A DNA stretch of 64,000 bases from Hydrolagus affinis (GCA_012026655.1 JAAILG010000195.1:1-64000), one strand, 5' to 3'; numbered from the stretch's first letter, positions 35,900 through 50,489 are shown. Translations and numbers: made by a program. The notes: generated by a model from the letters alone, not told the origin.

Positions 35900-36110
35900 A
35901 TAGTTCAGAGAAGAGAGTTTTTCCCAGTGTACTAGACAACTAACACCCAAGTGAAATTGATCATTTGGTTCATGGCTGTTTGCAGGACATTGCTGTGTCT
36001 ACGTTTTCCCCCCACACATAGAGTGATGGCACTTGACAATGTATTTTGTTAAATGCTTTGTGATCTCATCCCAACATGAAAAGTACTACACTAAATGGAA
36101 GGATTATTGG
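35900..36110 (+). mobile_element. Deu-type SINE 3' half
   Basis: GAGTTTTTCCCAGTGTACTAGACAAC..AATTGATCATT..GCTGTTTGCAGGACATTGCTGTG..GGAAGGATTATT. Confidence 0.55.
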
Positions 36111-36689
36111 TAATTTATATTTTGTGGGACAGAATTTTTTTAAAAAAATGCTTTTTCTCTGCTGAGCTTTTATAAGCAATAACATTCACATAACTTTAAT
36201 GCATGTCAGATCAGATTGAAACATTACTGAGCATTATTTTTTAATGAGTCAATGTGTATACAGTACTTTAGCTATAAATACTAATAGTAATTAAATATTT
36301 AATTTACCCGATTTGGATGTCAGGTACAGGAATCCCTAATTATTAGCAAAAGGTTTATTTACACTGATATAGGAAACAAAATAAGGAAACGTTTAATCTG
36401 TGTGGGAAAACCACAACATCAAGCCACACTGCTTTTTTAAGCGCTTTTCGACGTTACTTCTGTGAAGGACACTAAATAGACACAAGTTGTTGTTGCTGTT
36501 GAAAAGGGAGGGAACATCATATCAGATGGTCAGAAATTCTGTGTTGTTCTGACCACCATATACTATAATCTTTGATTAAGATTTAAAATTTTAACTTGAA
36601 AAGTTTAATAGCTCGCTGAGTTGTGGTTAATTCTACAATTCAGCTTTTATTTGCAAAAATGGTTTCCTGCAATTCTTAAAAAGGCCAGA

Positions 36690-36880
36690 CAGTAGAAATC
36701 CCATCTTTGTCTAGATTTACTCAATTTCTGTAGCATAAGGAGCATGCAGAATTTGGCAAGTTCTTAAATCCAACATCAATTTTGAAGCCTGTAAATATTC
36801 CACAAATTTAAAAGAAACAAAAATCCAACTTCAAAGACTGAGTTCAGCAATTTGCTAAATTCTGGATGCTGTGAAATCTA
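36690..36880. mobile_element. Old palindromic MITE-like element (same family as 18228)
   Basis: TCTAGATTTACTCAATTTC..GAGCATGCAGAATTTGGCAAGTTCTTAAATC ... CAATTTGCTAAATTCTGGATGC. Confidence 0.5.
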
Positions 36881-38357
36881 CATTAATACAGTAAAGGTAG
36901 ACAGATGTAGGAATAAATTCTCCCCACAGCTTTCAAATTAAAACTAAATGATTAAAGATGAAATAGAAATTTGGATTCAAAGTGCCTCAATAAGTTATAA
37001 AGCTTTTAGAACCTCGAGATTTCAGGCCATCTGAAATAAAACAGGTGCTATTGAATCAGCAGTTTCTCAAACAATTATTTTCAATACACGGACACACTCG
37101 GAAATGACATGGACTCTTCTATTACTTTATTATTTATAAAATATCAGAACAATTTATTTATACAGGTGTTTCTTAGGACATTCTCAATCTGTGGATCTAC
37201 ATAAAATACAGAAAGAGATGGATAACCCAGAAGAAAATGAAGAAATACCTCATGGGGTCACCCTTTAAACCAGGGAGACCAAGAGCTTTTCAAAAAGCAG
37301 ATGGAATAAATGTGTAGTACTAGACATCATTCAAGATTTGAAGGGGAGATAGGAAATATAATATTTTGAGAAATCAGATTTCATCTTTACAATCAAATTC
37401 CTGTATGTTTAATCTGAGTTCTATATAAGCAACAAGCAATCCAATCCCAAGTTTACATAGTATAGCAAATTACTGTTATATTAAATTTCAGTTATTTGCA
37501 AATCCATTTTCAATGTGAGAATGCCTAAATTAAACTTGTTTTCTAAATAAGACTTGAACAGGAACATGGAATCACAGGGATATCAGCCATTACAGCTCTC
37601 ACAGTTTAACATGAAAGCCACAAGCTCTGAGACCTAATGAGCATGAGAACCATCATTTACTTCAACTCCTAATTGGGTTACCAAGCTAATGTCATCCAAG
37701 CAGGGCAGTTTTCTAAGGAAAATCTGTGACCCATGTCAAAGGACAAATAGTCCTAACAGTCAATGGGGCTGTGGTCATGGTAAAGAATAGGGAGGCTGAA
37801 CCCTCACCCTAGGTATCAGCAATCTTGTGTCACAACAAAAGCTGTGGCTGCTTTTATGGTTATCCTAGACCTCATTAAAGTTCTTCCAATCCAGTCTGCA
37901 GGCCCATTGCCATTCTTTCTAATGATATTGTGGAGGCAATGTCCTGTCCAATTATCTATGCTTACCTATTACCTCCAGTGTGCAATTACTGCTGAGCCTT
38001 TTCATCTTAAAAGTATTGCTTTCCACATCACTAGCAGGAACAGCGACTGGCAGTACATGTATAGTGGTTTGATTTTATGTTCAGGCCAACATATTACAGA
38101 GGGTTTCCCCAGGATGCCAATAGCTAAAATGATTGTAGTGCATATCTTTAAGCTGTATATGACAGATCAACCAAAGCAACCAGAATAAAAAAAGGGCTTT
38201 TTCATAATTAATACTTAATGTTCCCAATTTATGCCAAATATTTGGAGAATCTGAACATTTGATAGAGATATTGATCATATTCCACAATTTTATTATAGTA
38301 AGGTATATAAGTCCCATTTATGATTAGGTATTTTTTCAGAAACAGCGTAATCACACC

Positions 38358-38786
38358 TCTCAGAGGATCGAGTTTGAAATCCTCATTCTCACATTTAAAG
38401 CCCATCCACAGGCTTGCTCCTCCCTACCTCTGCAAACCTATTAACTCTATACAAATCTGTCCACTCCCTCTGCTTATTAAGCACTGGCTTGCTTCATGTT
38501 CCCTACCCTACCTGCCCACGCCCCCTTTGGTGGTTCGGCCTTCAGCTTTTCTATTCCCACTCCATCTAGAATCCCTCTGCCTCAATCCACTCTCTTGTCC
38601 CCTTGCTTTCTTCAAGGTGCATCTCAAGACGTTCATCTTTGATCTTTCTTTTGGCCACCCTCCCCTATCCTCCACCCCTATTTATTCCAACCCACCGCTC
38701 AGGTGCAAATTCTTAACTGTCCAGCGCTTTGAGAACTTCCTTCCGACGTGTAAGGTGTTAAATCAATGTAATTTTGCTGATGTTGT
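38358..38786 (+). mobile_element. Degraded L2 3' fragment
   Basis: RIEF.IL.., IHRLAPPYL and FKVHLKTFIFDLSFG motifs; tail CAGCGCTTTGAGAAC..TGTAAGGTG..AATGTAATTTTGCTG. Confidence 0.85.
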
Positions 38787-41700
38787 AGCACATCCTGTAC
38801 AATAAATAGTAAATTGTATTGTAATCAGTATACAATGAAAATGGTGGAAACTCAAATATGCAGATGCTCCTGCACTCTTGAAGAAACATCTATGTGACAT
38901 TGTTTGTCATTCCATCTGAATTGATATACCTTGATTTAGGTATGAATTAAGCACATTAAGTGCATTTTATAAATGTGGGACATTGAGAGATGTGGGACAT
39001 GTGAGAGAACACAACACATTGAGAATTCCCTTCTGATTTGCCAAGGATAGCAGATACAAATTTATACCCTTGGATTATGGCATGTTGTTGACATACGGCA
39101 AGGTTTCAACTGTCTGTTGCAGCTACCACACAGCAGAATCACTTTGAAGGGACAGTTTGTTCTACTTCTAATCCTAGGCAAGTATGTATGGCAAATAGCT
39201 GACAAGATAAAGTGTCTAAATGGTAAACCAAGGTTTGATTGAGCTGTTTTCAACTTGGTTAAAATATCAATTTTTTTAATAAACAAATAATGACTAAAAG
39301 CAATCCAATTTCTGAATGTTGACTACAATCAGCATCAGATTATTTTCCAATATTACAGCCCCGGTCCATGCACAAATGATTAATGGGTTTCTGTCCATTG
39401 TCTGTCTTCAATACCTTGTAAGGTTCCTTTACTTCAACCATGCTTTGACATATGTTGTTTGCTTATTTCATCCCATTTGGCTTCAGTCAAGTTTAAAATG
39501 AACTTCCTCTGCCTCCAAGGAGTTCATATAAATTCACTTGAATGGTAATAGTAGAGCTGTCTTTGAAGGCTAAAGAGTTGTCTCGCTTATGTTGCATGGC
39601 TGTGATTGACAAACCTGTCTCATCATGTAAACATGAGTATCACTGAACTACTGTACATCACAGCAAAGAAAAGCTCTCCAAATGATCTCTTTGCATCAGT
39701 GAGTTCCTGAAGTTGGATGGGATTTTGATGACTATTTAACAGCTTCCTTTAAAGATAAATAATTCGCATTATCTGATTCAAGAGTAGAAATCTGCTACAC
39801 ACATGCAAACCAGATGTCTTGGTGTTATATCAGAAATTAGTCTGATATGTTAACATGGATTAGAACATAATTATTCAATTGATTGAATCAACTCCTTGAG
39901 ATTGACAAAGGTGAAACACACTGTCAGAAGGAATAGATGTGACAACAGTCAGATTTAAATCAGAACTTGAATGCACATAGGTTGATTGTCAGTTCATGTA
40001 TAGAGGACTCTTTTAAAAATCAGTGCGGCTTGTGGCTATATCATTGCAATTCAACAAGAATTACTAGTTACAATAGAAACCTCTCAGTTGCATTCTGCAT
40101 GATGTTAAACAGATAAACAAAAGATCTTGAGAGGGTAGGGGAGGGGAGAAGGGGGAAGTGAATAGACATGGTCGAAGAGGTTGATAAGGATGGATCTTGA
40201 AGACTTCTAGTGAAGGGTGAGGGGGAAATGCATGGGTCAAGAGATGAAGTTCCAGAGATTAAAATTTAAGATTTTAGGTTACATTTTAAAATAGCAACTG
40301 AGAAGAATAGATTTCCATTGCATTGCTATTACAGTTATTTTTCCTCTTTGTGGCAGAGCAAGATTTTTGTGGCACATCATTGAGGAAGGAATGCTTTGCA
40401 TAAACACTCTTTTATTCTGTGCGGCAAGAATCAGCAGCCCAAAGGTCTTTGGCCTATTAGCACACATATCATCCCACAGGATAAGTAATGGTGGCGCTAC
40501 ACTGCACTTTCTATGGTCCAATGATCAAAAGTGAAAAATGTAAGTGTAGGAACTCTGTCCCCTGACATAGCAGGGAGCCATGAACTTTATTTGGGTCAGT
40601 TTCTAATTATTTCAAACATTGTGTGTGTTCTTGGTTCTTATGCTGGGTATGTGAGGGGCACTCATTAGGTCCTGAACTCTCACATTTGACTACTATCTCC
40701 CTCGCACTCCAGCACAATAATGTTATTAGCAGTGTGCAGGCATATCACCAGCACATTCAAATTAAGATTTCAACATTAATCTGACCACCCACAGTTCTGT
40801 GTCACATCAATGAACGCAAGCGATGTAGATAGCAGTCCCGGAATACTGATTTGAGCTGGTCATGCAGCCAGGAGCCAGCGCTACAGGATCAATATCAGCA
40901 CAGCTTGTAAACACTGGGGATATGAGAACTCTCATCACATGTGCTGAACTCTAATATCTGTGAAGGAGCAGGAGTGGCAACAGTGATACGCATTGGAGAT
41001 CTGAAAAGGGCATTCACCATAGGATTTGTCAAGCTTTCGTAAATATTAAATCCTGTGTGTATCCGACGTGCATCACATTGATAGGCGGAAATTCCATTCT
41101 AAAATGTCCAGATGGAGATCAGATTGGGAGCAGAATTCCCACAAGTTGGTGTGGTACATTTTGGCAGATAAGTGGATTCAAAACTGGCTTTGAATATTGG
41201 ATGTTAAGCCCCGGGCAATCCAAGACAGGTCACTTGATGAGCAGATGCTTCAATACTACAATTTACATTCAGTCAGTTAGGAAATGGTGAGTAATGCAGA
41301 GAGAAGTTGAAGTGGGGCAGGCCAATGTAATATTCAGGTTTGAGTTTCTGATCTAATCATAGAAGAGCTGGCCAATAATATAATATATACATATTAATTT
41401 TAATGAATTATATATATAAAAGCACAATGCAAAAGTATTATCATTGATTGTACTCAAGTGCTCATTCTACATAAAATAGATCATATCTCCAGCCTTCCTT
41501 TGCTTGACCCCTGAGTCAGAGTAATACTCAATGCTTTGATATTCAGGTACTTTATGCCCTGAATCTGCACACAAAGCTCTTCATCAAATGCTCAACAAAC
41601 TCCAACCTCAAGGTTTTACCAGTCAAAACATGTGCGGTTCTGAACTAATACTAAATACTTGCCCATATGGTATCTTTGACAATGGCAATGCACTTCATCG

Positions 41701-43011
41701 GACAATACAGCCATATTGACAAATAACACAATACTTCCTTCTTATCAGCCAGGTTTCCTGCCTGCTTTCATTCCTGTGCACCTAATGTTGTTTTATTTCT
41801 GGTAAGATCATTTCACTGACAGCATTATACTGTATTATACTGTATCACTAATTTAACATTTTAAAAATATAACCCCATACTATTTTAGGTAAGCTATAAT
41901 TGCAAGGAAATGTTGGGTTTTGTTGCTGTTCAAGTGAATCACTATTCAAGATTTGGTAGGATTACATTTCATGGTTTGTTCTGCTTGTGTATATTATAAA
42001 TGTCATAAATGTTTGGGGCTGAATCATTAAGATTCATGAAGAATCCCTTGTTAGTGTCATAATAAACTTGTAGACATTTGGGCGCATAACTTGGGACAGC
42101 TTCACTGAGCTACTAATATATTACATGCAATTTAATGTTTGACACAAAAATACTTAAAATCGGCCAGTGGCATCAGTGGCATGTACTTTATATAATTCTT
42201 TATAGTTCCTATTGGAGACCAAGAAATTGCTGCAGCATAAACTATTGGATAGATAGATTTCTAATCAACCATAAAGTTAAACTCAAGAAACCATGACAAC
42301 TCATAAAAACTGCTCAGTTAAAGCCCATGTGGGCCATAATTTGCTAATATCCCCTGACGCCAAGGAGTTCACATGCACACCTATTAAACCATCTGGTCAG
42401 GAATAGCAGTCTGAAAATGGAAATACCTCAGGAGTCATGACAGTGATGTTGATGTATTGGTGGCATTCCCAAAGTCAATGTGACTTCTTTCATCTCCAAC
42501 ACACATTTCAATTGTTACAGCACAGTAGTGTTTTACTGGGGGGTTTCAGGCAAATCAATGCCGCTGTAAAATTTACTGACTTTTTCCTGAGTTCACTGCT
42601 GAAAGCTCTATTCACAATGGAAATTGAAGTTCAGGCTGATGTCCTGAGGTAAAACTATTCTTTTACTTCAGAATGTCAGTTATTTAAAATGAAAATTCCC
42701 TGCTTGTTGAATATTACCTTTTGTTTCTCAGCCCTTTCAGGATTGAAGCAATTTGTAATCTCAGAGAAAGAAATACATTTTCTGTTCCTTTTTTTCTTAA
42801 AAACATATTTTGTATGAAACACTGTTATAACTATATAAGACATCTGGTCCAATTCTCTCATGGGCTCAGTGCCACAGAAAGCAAATGCCTGACAGCAAAA
42901 ACTGAGTCTTATTGTCCGATTGCTACTCGGTGCATGAGCATTGCACAGAGTGTGTAGTACTGCGGCAATTTGGGATTCAACTTCAGCCTAGTATTAGCTA
43001 TATATTTAACC

Positions 43012-43113
43012 ACTATACAGTCAATTTACTTTACAGTATATTCTATGAAGCGCTTTGAGACATCTCGAAAATATGTAAAGGTGCCATATCAAATGCAAGG
43101 ATTATTATTATTA
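43012..43113 (+). mobile_element. SINE family A 3' tail fragment
   Basis: TACAGTCAATTTACTTTACAGTATATTCTATGAAGCGCTTTGAGACATC..ATCAAATGCAAGG(ATT)n. Confidence 0.85.
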
Positions 43114-43361
43114 ATTACACTTATCCACAACAGACCAGCACTCTTTCAGAATTATTTTATGAAAATGATTTGGAAGAAAGAAAAAACTCTGGCAAGATGG
43201 GAGACAAGATGGCAACAAATATTAACACAGACAAATAGTACTGCTATGTATACCTGACTATGTATCCCATCTTCCCATAAGCAAAACATATTACAGTAAT
43301 TGGTTGTAAAACTCAGTAAAGTCTACCAATGTCCTGTTAACCTTTCCTTCTCTTCTTAACA

Positions 43362-43940
43362 ACATAAGAAATGCTAGATAAAAAAAAACAAGGTACATCT
43401 AGTTAACATGTCCCAAACTACCTATGTCCTATATTGCACAATGTTATTTCCTAAAGGAAAATTATTAATCTGTGTTTGAAAGTATCAAAACTTCCTGCTT
43501 CAACCATCTCCCTCAGGAGCCTATTCCACAGGTTCACGATTTACTCCTTGAAATAATAGTAATTTGTGTAGATTTGTTCTAAATCTATCCACACTTCAAT
43601 TACAGGCAGTATCCTCTGGTTTGACTATCCTGGACAAGTTGAAACAGCCTGTCATGATCTATATTGTCTTGCCCCTTTAGAATCTGAAAGACAGCAATCA
43701 GATCACTTTTCAATCTTTTTTCCAGCTCAATTCACTTAGTCGTTCCTCAAAGTGCATTCCTTCCATTCCCTCAATCATTTTAATTGCCCTCCACTGTGTC
43801 CTCTCAATTTCTGCAACAGCCTTTTTGTACTATGGCGACCAGTACCGTACACAGTAGGCCCCCTGCTCTAAGTATGGTCTCACCAATGATTTATACAGTG
43901 GCAGGATTACCCCACTGTATTGGTTCACTATTGATCTTTT
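43362..43940 (-). mobile_element. CR1 LINE ORF2 C-terminal fragment and 3' end
   Basis: Minus strand: LYKSLVRPYLE..YCVRYWSP..KK, DLIAVFQILKG, and VNLWNRL..EMVEA motifs. Confidence 0.85.
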
Positions 43941-46049
43941 GATAAATTATTGTGCCAGGCAACTGGGTTGCATCTAGATTTTGACACCTGCTGGTTTTCC
44001 AGTTAGTTAAGAAAAATCACTGGCTATTTTTCTTCCAATAGGGGCACAGACTTCAAGTTAACTGGGTCTACATTTTATATCACAAGTTTGAATGATATTA
44101 GTTAAATGTGCTAGAGAAACATCACTTTAAAATTGATAAATAACGGATAAGCTAATACAACACTATTGCAAAAATCTAACCCATCACCAGTCATGTTATC
44201 AGCTTTAAGGTTTATTTACATCACATTATTTAAATAATCAGAACTCTTGTATTTGATCATATCTGGACATCGTCTCAAAGATGTCAAGACATCTTGATAA
44301 TGTAATAAGGCACTATATCAGGTGGAAGCAATATTATAATTATTATTTGCTGCAAATTGTAGTGATTGTGTATTGTGCAGGTGAACTTTATACTTGCAAC
44401 ACACTTACTATGATTATTATTCACAAGAATATTAAGTAAGCATCAGTAATTCATTGGGATTTTACAATTTTCATGAATAAGCATCAAAATTGCATATATT
44501 TAAAGATGAGAGTGAGTTATAGCCAGTATTCTGCATCTTGACTCTTGAGAATCCAGATAGTTGATGTAAAATATCCCCAGGGTCACACTCTTGGTTTAAA
44601 ATTTACTGTGTCTCTTTACCTATCCTTTAATCTTCACACATTTCAGTTAAATTTAAAAAAGTGAACAATCAGAAAAGTGGCCATTTCCTTTCAGGCTAAA
44701 TTAGTGTCCAAACTAAACATTTAAAAATCCCCAAACATTAATAATTAACAGACAAGAAAACGTGTTGTAATTTCTACATTTCACAGCTTCCCTTCCTGCA
44801 TAGTTTGCCATTTCTTGTATCTGTAACTATTTGTGGATGTCATGTGCAGCTCTGCTGTATCAACCTTATGCTTCAATAAACAACACAATCATGACAAATC
44901 ATAAAAGCAAAGCCTCAGTTATGACCCTGATAGGAGAGAGCTGCAATTTAATGAAGACAAAAGCTAGGTGAAAGCTGCTAATATAATTTCCTGATAAACA
45001 CGGTTTCTCATAAGGCATCCAACTCATTCCCTGGAGGACCCATAAACCTGCATAATCCCATTTAAAATATTGTACAATCCACTAAATTAGTCTTAGAACA
45101 TCCTTACTGTCCAATTAGAAAGCATCTCTATACAGAAATAATGATTTTTTTTCAAACAGAAAGCAAGTACGAGGTATTAACCAACTCATACAAACATTGA
45201 AATTAGCTTCACATTTGTGAGTGAAAGCCACATATATCCAAAGGTTCACTAGCCTGTTATAACAAAAACATGATGTGCAGTATGAGGAGATAGCAGGAGA
45301 TTCATCTTAGCCTTAGTTATTTTTACAAGGTAGTTGCTGTGCATTAGCTTTAGGATAAATCATAATGCTGCATTGTTTTGAATATCTAAGCTATTCAGCT
45401 TTTTTTTTAAACCTAGTAATCACTGATCGTATAAACAAAGAATGGAGCAGAAAGGCCATTTAAGCCATTCTTTCACAGGCAGAGAAGGGGAGGTTTAAGG
45501 AAAGAATATTTATCTCTGTTAAGCGTCAAAAGCTGCATTATTAAAGTCATTTGTCATGGTTTGAATATTTGTACCCAATTCACCATTAAATGGGAGCTCT
45601 AATTACCCAACTTTGTCATGGAAAACAGTCAGGCGGCTTCTCTCCTAGTAAACTTTATTTCTTCAATTACAGCAGCTTTATATTTGTCATCACTTCAGCC
45701 AAAGAAGAATCACCAGAGAGCCGCAAATCTGAATATGATAATTATAGCAATGGTGTCCTCTTGTTTGTAATCCTATTTAAGATGCACAGCAACACAAATC
45801 AAAGGTACTCAATGTATCTCTTAACCCACTGGCCCTACTATACTAAATTCATACCATACACAACCACTGGTCTTTGATGTCAACATGAGTCTGGTCAAAG
45901 CAAACATAACATTTATTAAAAGAATATTCCTTTTAAATCTATCTATTTTACTCAGTGAAACGGGATGGGGTCATCAGACAATTGCACAAAGCAGCTGCAA
46001 ATGTGTTATAATACTTAAATTTCACAGTGTATTTCATGACAAAATATTT

Positions 46050-46540
46050 CAAGCCCTCTTACACGTTGAGTTACTTTGAAGTGTAGTGACTCCAGGAGTG
46101 TAAGCAGTGTGGCAGGTAATCAATGGACTTCAACATCAATGAGAAGGGAATGTGATTGGGGAAGAAACTTTTGGCCAAGGTAGCAGCAGAATATTCTGAT
46201 CTCTTTTGAAAAAGTGCCAGGGATATAGGTACACAAGACTTCAGATTAAATTCTCATCTGACACAAGGCAGGTTTAACAACAAAGTTCTACCTCAGAAAT
46301 GCACTGATGTATCAGCCTAGATTTGAAATGCAAGACCTGACGTAGGGCTTGGACACCCAAGTTTCTAATTCAAATGTGAGTGACCCTCAAATGGGGAGGA
46401 CAAATTTTCAAGGCTATTGGGAGAGAGAGGGGAGGGAGATTAATTTGGTTAGCTCTTTCAAGAGACAGCATGGGCACAATGGACCAAATGTGCTGTATAA
46501 TTCTATGATTTTATGAAATGCATCTGAACTAAACTGACAC
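46050..46540 (-). mobile_element. Old Deu-domain SINE with a plus-strand CR1 tail inserted at about 46390-46516
   Basis: TACTTTGAAGTGTAGTGACT, TTGGCCAAGG and TCAGCCTAGATT Deu-type motifs; insert ends AGCTCTTTCAAGAGACAGCATGGGCACAATGGACCAAATG..ATTCTATGATTTTATG. Confidence 0.55.
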
Positions 46541-47052
46541 AGTTTCAAGCAAATGTGTAATTTTATCTTCTAATTATAAGAATGTATTATTAAGTATCCA
46601 CATTTTAACATTATTATGGGTTATTCAAATGAAAGAACTTTTGAAGAGAATATAACTTAATGTTGATCTTACTGCAGAGCAGCACTGTGATCACAACATG
46701 CTGTCAGCTAGCAAGGCTATGCTGGTGATTATAAGGTAGGAAAGGGTTAAGCAAAACACTTCAATTATGCTTGTGTGAAAACTCATATTTCATTACCCTG
46801 GAACCTGTCTATAATGGTTGCCTTTGGGACTGACTTCAGATGGTCATCTAATAAAGGAATTGTGTGCCTGCAATAGGCACGAGTGACTGTAGGAAGCCTT
46901 GAAGAATAATAAACTGGTTAGGTAAAACCTAACTGGTTTCAGTCTCCCGCTGATGCAGACGGGATGTGAATAGTGTAGTGTGGTGCTGTGAGGCACTGTA
47001 TAGCATCATTGCAAACAGCATATTTTACACAGTGTCACTGTGTACATAAACA

Positions 47053-47270
47053 AAAACTTGCATTTACTATGGAGCCTTTCACATCGGAAGGACGTGTCAA
47101 AGTGCTTCACAGGATGTACTGTAAAGTGTAGTGACTGCAAATTTTGAAGGTGAACAATTAGCACACAACATCTCACAAAGACCCATGAAGTGAATGACCA
47201 TTTTTTTATTTGGGAGATTGTTAGCCAAGGCACTGGGAGAAACTCCATTATCTTTTCAAATATTAGCAGA
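47053..47270 (-). mobile_element. Deu-type SINE 3' half
   Basis: CTTGCATTTA..CCTTTCACATC..AAAGTGCTTCACAG..GAATGACCA..TTAGCCAAGGCACTGGGAGAAACTCC. Confidence 0.7.
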
Positions 47271-49399
47271 GAATTGGTCTTTGCATGCATTTGCCTTTCA
47301 AAATGAATTGGTGGTACAGAGAGAAAGGAATTTTCAAGCCCACTGAAGCTTCAGTATTGCTTTAGTATTTTCTGATATTGTGCCTCAAATTCAAGATTTT
47401 CATTGTTTTCCCTGAATGGCATTTGCTTCTGGCCATTGTCTACTACAAGATGTCATAACTCTCATTTTTACTACAGAAACAACAACATTACACTTGTATA
47501 GTGCCTTTCACATCGGGAGGACATCCCAAGGTGCCGGATAGAAGGTATTTTAATCTCTGTTGAATTCTAATTAGCATAATAATGTCTCAGGCAGATTTAA
47601 GTTATTTTTAATAGGGCAAGAGTGGCATGAAAAAGTATTTGACAAACTGTTTTTTTGTTTAGAAGGGAGGTCTGATTTAATAACATTAAAAATTCTTGGG
47701 TAATGAATATAATTTAAGGATTCATTTCTGAATGAATCCTTATAATTTACAGTAATAAACTTTGCATTTGATATAGAGTTTTAGCAAGTCATCGAGACAT
47801 TTCAAAACACTTCATAGGATATTACTCTGAAGTGTGGTGACTGTATATTAGTAGGTAAATAAATATTTATATTGCAGGGATGTGAGCTGATGTGCTGAAC
47901 CAATAGAGCTAAATGTTAGTACCACATCACCACACAAAGTGTATTAGAATGTGTTGTTTCCTATGCTTAATGCCACATACTGTAAGTAGGTAATACTTCA
48001 CAAAGAATGTTTTGTACATCATTGCCATGTCACAAAAAAATTATAGATAAACACTAACATACCTTTTTGTTTGAATTATGCCTGATAAGATAATAAGTAT
48101 TTGTTTTCCAATAATTATTTTCAGTAAATAAATCTCCAAAGGACCAAAGGTGAGTACTGTGAACATAATTAATTAGCGTAACTAATGCCACAATGATCAG
48201 CAAAGTCTTTTTGAAAGCATAAGGATGGTCATTAAACATTTTACTGGGAGAACTTCCCTCTGGATCTAGATTCAAACTATTTATGTAATATTTCAGAACA
48301 TCCAGAAGTTGACAAATTCTTAAATATAGTCTTGATTTTGAACAGACAACCGGCTACAAAGTTAAGACTGAAATCCACAAACAGTCAAATTCAACTAAAA
48401 TAAGGTGCATTTTAAACCTCTAAAATAATCAGCCTATATTTGCAATTGTGGTGGACAATTTGTACTGTCATTTTATCCATCATTTTGTTCCTTTTTTAAA
48501 AAAAAGCTTTGTCTTTGCAGCACTAATATAATCATAATAATCCTTGCATTTGATATAGCATTTTTCAAGTCCTCTAGATCTCTCAAAGTGCACAAAACAA
48601 CTACGGATGTGCTATATGAAATTACTTAAGAGTTTTTATTAATCACTGAAGAAACAGACTTTTTCATCTGTCAGATATGCAGACAGAAGTTTCAATGAAG
48701 TTCTGATGGTCTCATATATAAATGAACCTTTTAGCAACTCCTAATATAAACAACTTTGGTGCAATGAATGGTCTCCTATTTTATGTATATGCTGCACACT
48801 TGGCGACAAAACACTGTAACTTTGACTGCATTCGCTGCAAAGGTGCATTAATTAAAAAAAATGTAATGAAGTTATTGTGTTATGATCCCAGGAGTCCTTA
48901 GCCAGGGACAGATGTATCCTGTAGGAACTGATGTATTGAGAAATGTTAGTGTTCAAATAGATATTATGAGCACAAATGTTAGTTTGGGGTTTTAACCCAT
49001 GTACTTGGTGTCTAGTGGTCAGTTGACTGAGTCAAACAGACACCCAAAAGACATTATGAAACATTGGTTAAGTGCTCTGGAATGCTATCCAGTCTGAGAG
49101 GCACTATATAAATGCAAGTTGTTGTTGTTGGTGTGGGGAAAGTCATGTACCAATTTTTACCAATATATAGTGGAGCAGATATTAAAACCATTCACAATTT
49201 ATTTTATAGCTAACTTTGTACCAGAAGCATATTGGTTGTTCAGTGGTTAATATTTTGAATGGGATAATATCATAATATAGTTACTCAATAGATAAAGAAT
49301 ACCTGGGAAATTAATGTACATGTGAATTTATTATAAGATGCAATGTGGCTAAATTGTAGTGATTGATGATGACAGTGGAACTCTAATATTGTTCTACTA

Positions 49400-49632
49400 T
49401 TGGGCAAGTTTCTTTACTTCACACGCCCAATAATAATCCCTCCAAAAAAAAACACAATAATAAATTGGTCATTTCAATCCATGACTGTTTGCGGGACACT
49501 GCTGTGCGCAATTGGCTGTTGCATTTCGCCCACAAATATACAGTCAATTCAATTTGCATTATATTCTGTGAAGCGCTTTGAGATGTTGAGAAGATGTGAA
49601 AAGCGCTATATCAAATGCAAGGATTATTATTA
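49400..49632 (+). mobile_element. SINE family A, short variant, 5'-truncated
   Basis: TTGGGCAAGTTTC..ACACGCCCAATAATAATCCC..CTGTGCGCAATTGGCTG..AAGCGCTATATCAAATGCAAGGATTATT. Confidence 0.9.
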
Positions 49633-50135
49633 GTATATTACTATCATATATGGTTGTAGAATAATATTGAGGGGGAAAAAAAATATTTTCCAGCTGAACT
49701 TTTATTTAAACTGTACATTCAAGCAATTTGTTAAGTTATTATTTGTATCTGGATTGTTTAAAATGTCTACCGTGGTAAAACAGAATAAAACTGCTATGCT
49801 AAAAATGTTGATACTGTACTTAAATGTTTAACATGATTAAATATCTGTGTTATATAAAATCACTGTGACAATTTTATTGGGTGGGGAAAGGTTTGGAGGG
49901 TTACACAGTTGTGAAGATGGATTCAAGGCATCTTAGGCATCTATATTCTATGGTTCCAACATATGTAAAACGTATAAACATGTTACATTTCACTCAAAAC
50001 CTCAATATTTCTCACACACCTCTGTGGAGAAGAAAATCCACACAGTTCTAGATTTTGTCTATTTGTGTGGCGTTCATTTCAGAGTATCCAGCATTCGACA
50101 AATGTTTGAGTGAAATCTTTAATTTAATTTTAAGG

Positions 50136-50269
50136 TGGTGCACAGAGTTGGCTGTCGTGTTTCACCCACAAATATACAATCAATTCACTTTACAGTATAT
50201 TCTGTGAAACGTTTTGAGATGTCCAGAAAACGTGAAAAGCTCTATATCAAATGTAAGGATTATTATTAT
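50136..50269 (+). mobile_element. SINE family A 3' fragment
   Basis: TTGGCTG..CCCACAAATATACAATCAATTCACTTTACAGTATATTCTGTGAA..(ATT)n. Confidence 0.85.
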
Positions 50270-50489
50270 CAAAGCAATCCAATTCATTTTATAAGTACAA
50301 TAAACGGTCACATATACTGCTGCTGATACACTGGATACCAACATTTCGAATTAGTTAAAAGAAAACTATATAGAACTTCACCTAACTTATTTTATCATTG
50401 AATGAGTTTAAAGTATCTTGATGTTTTTCTTTGACAATTTCCCCATCCTTTGCTCTCCTGTAGGAATTGATTTCTTCCAAAGGTAACAA

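Noticed and set aside
38320-38805. Longest ORF (161 aa)
   Set aside because: Frame-shifted mosaic of a degraded L2 3' end.
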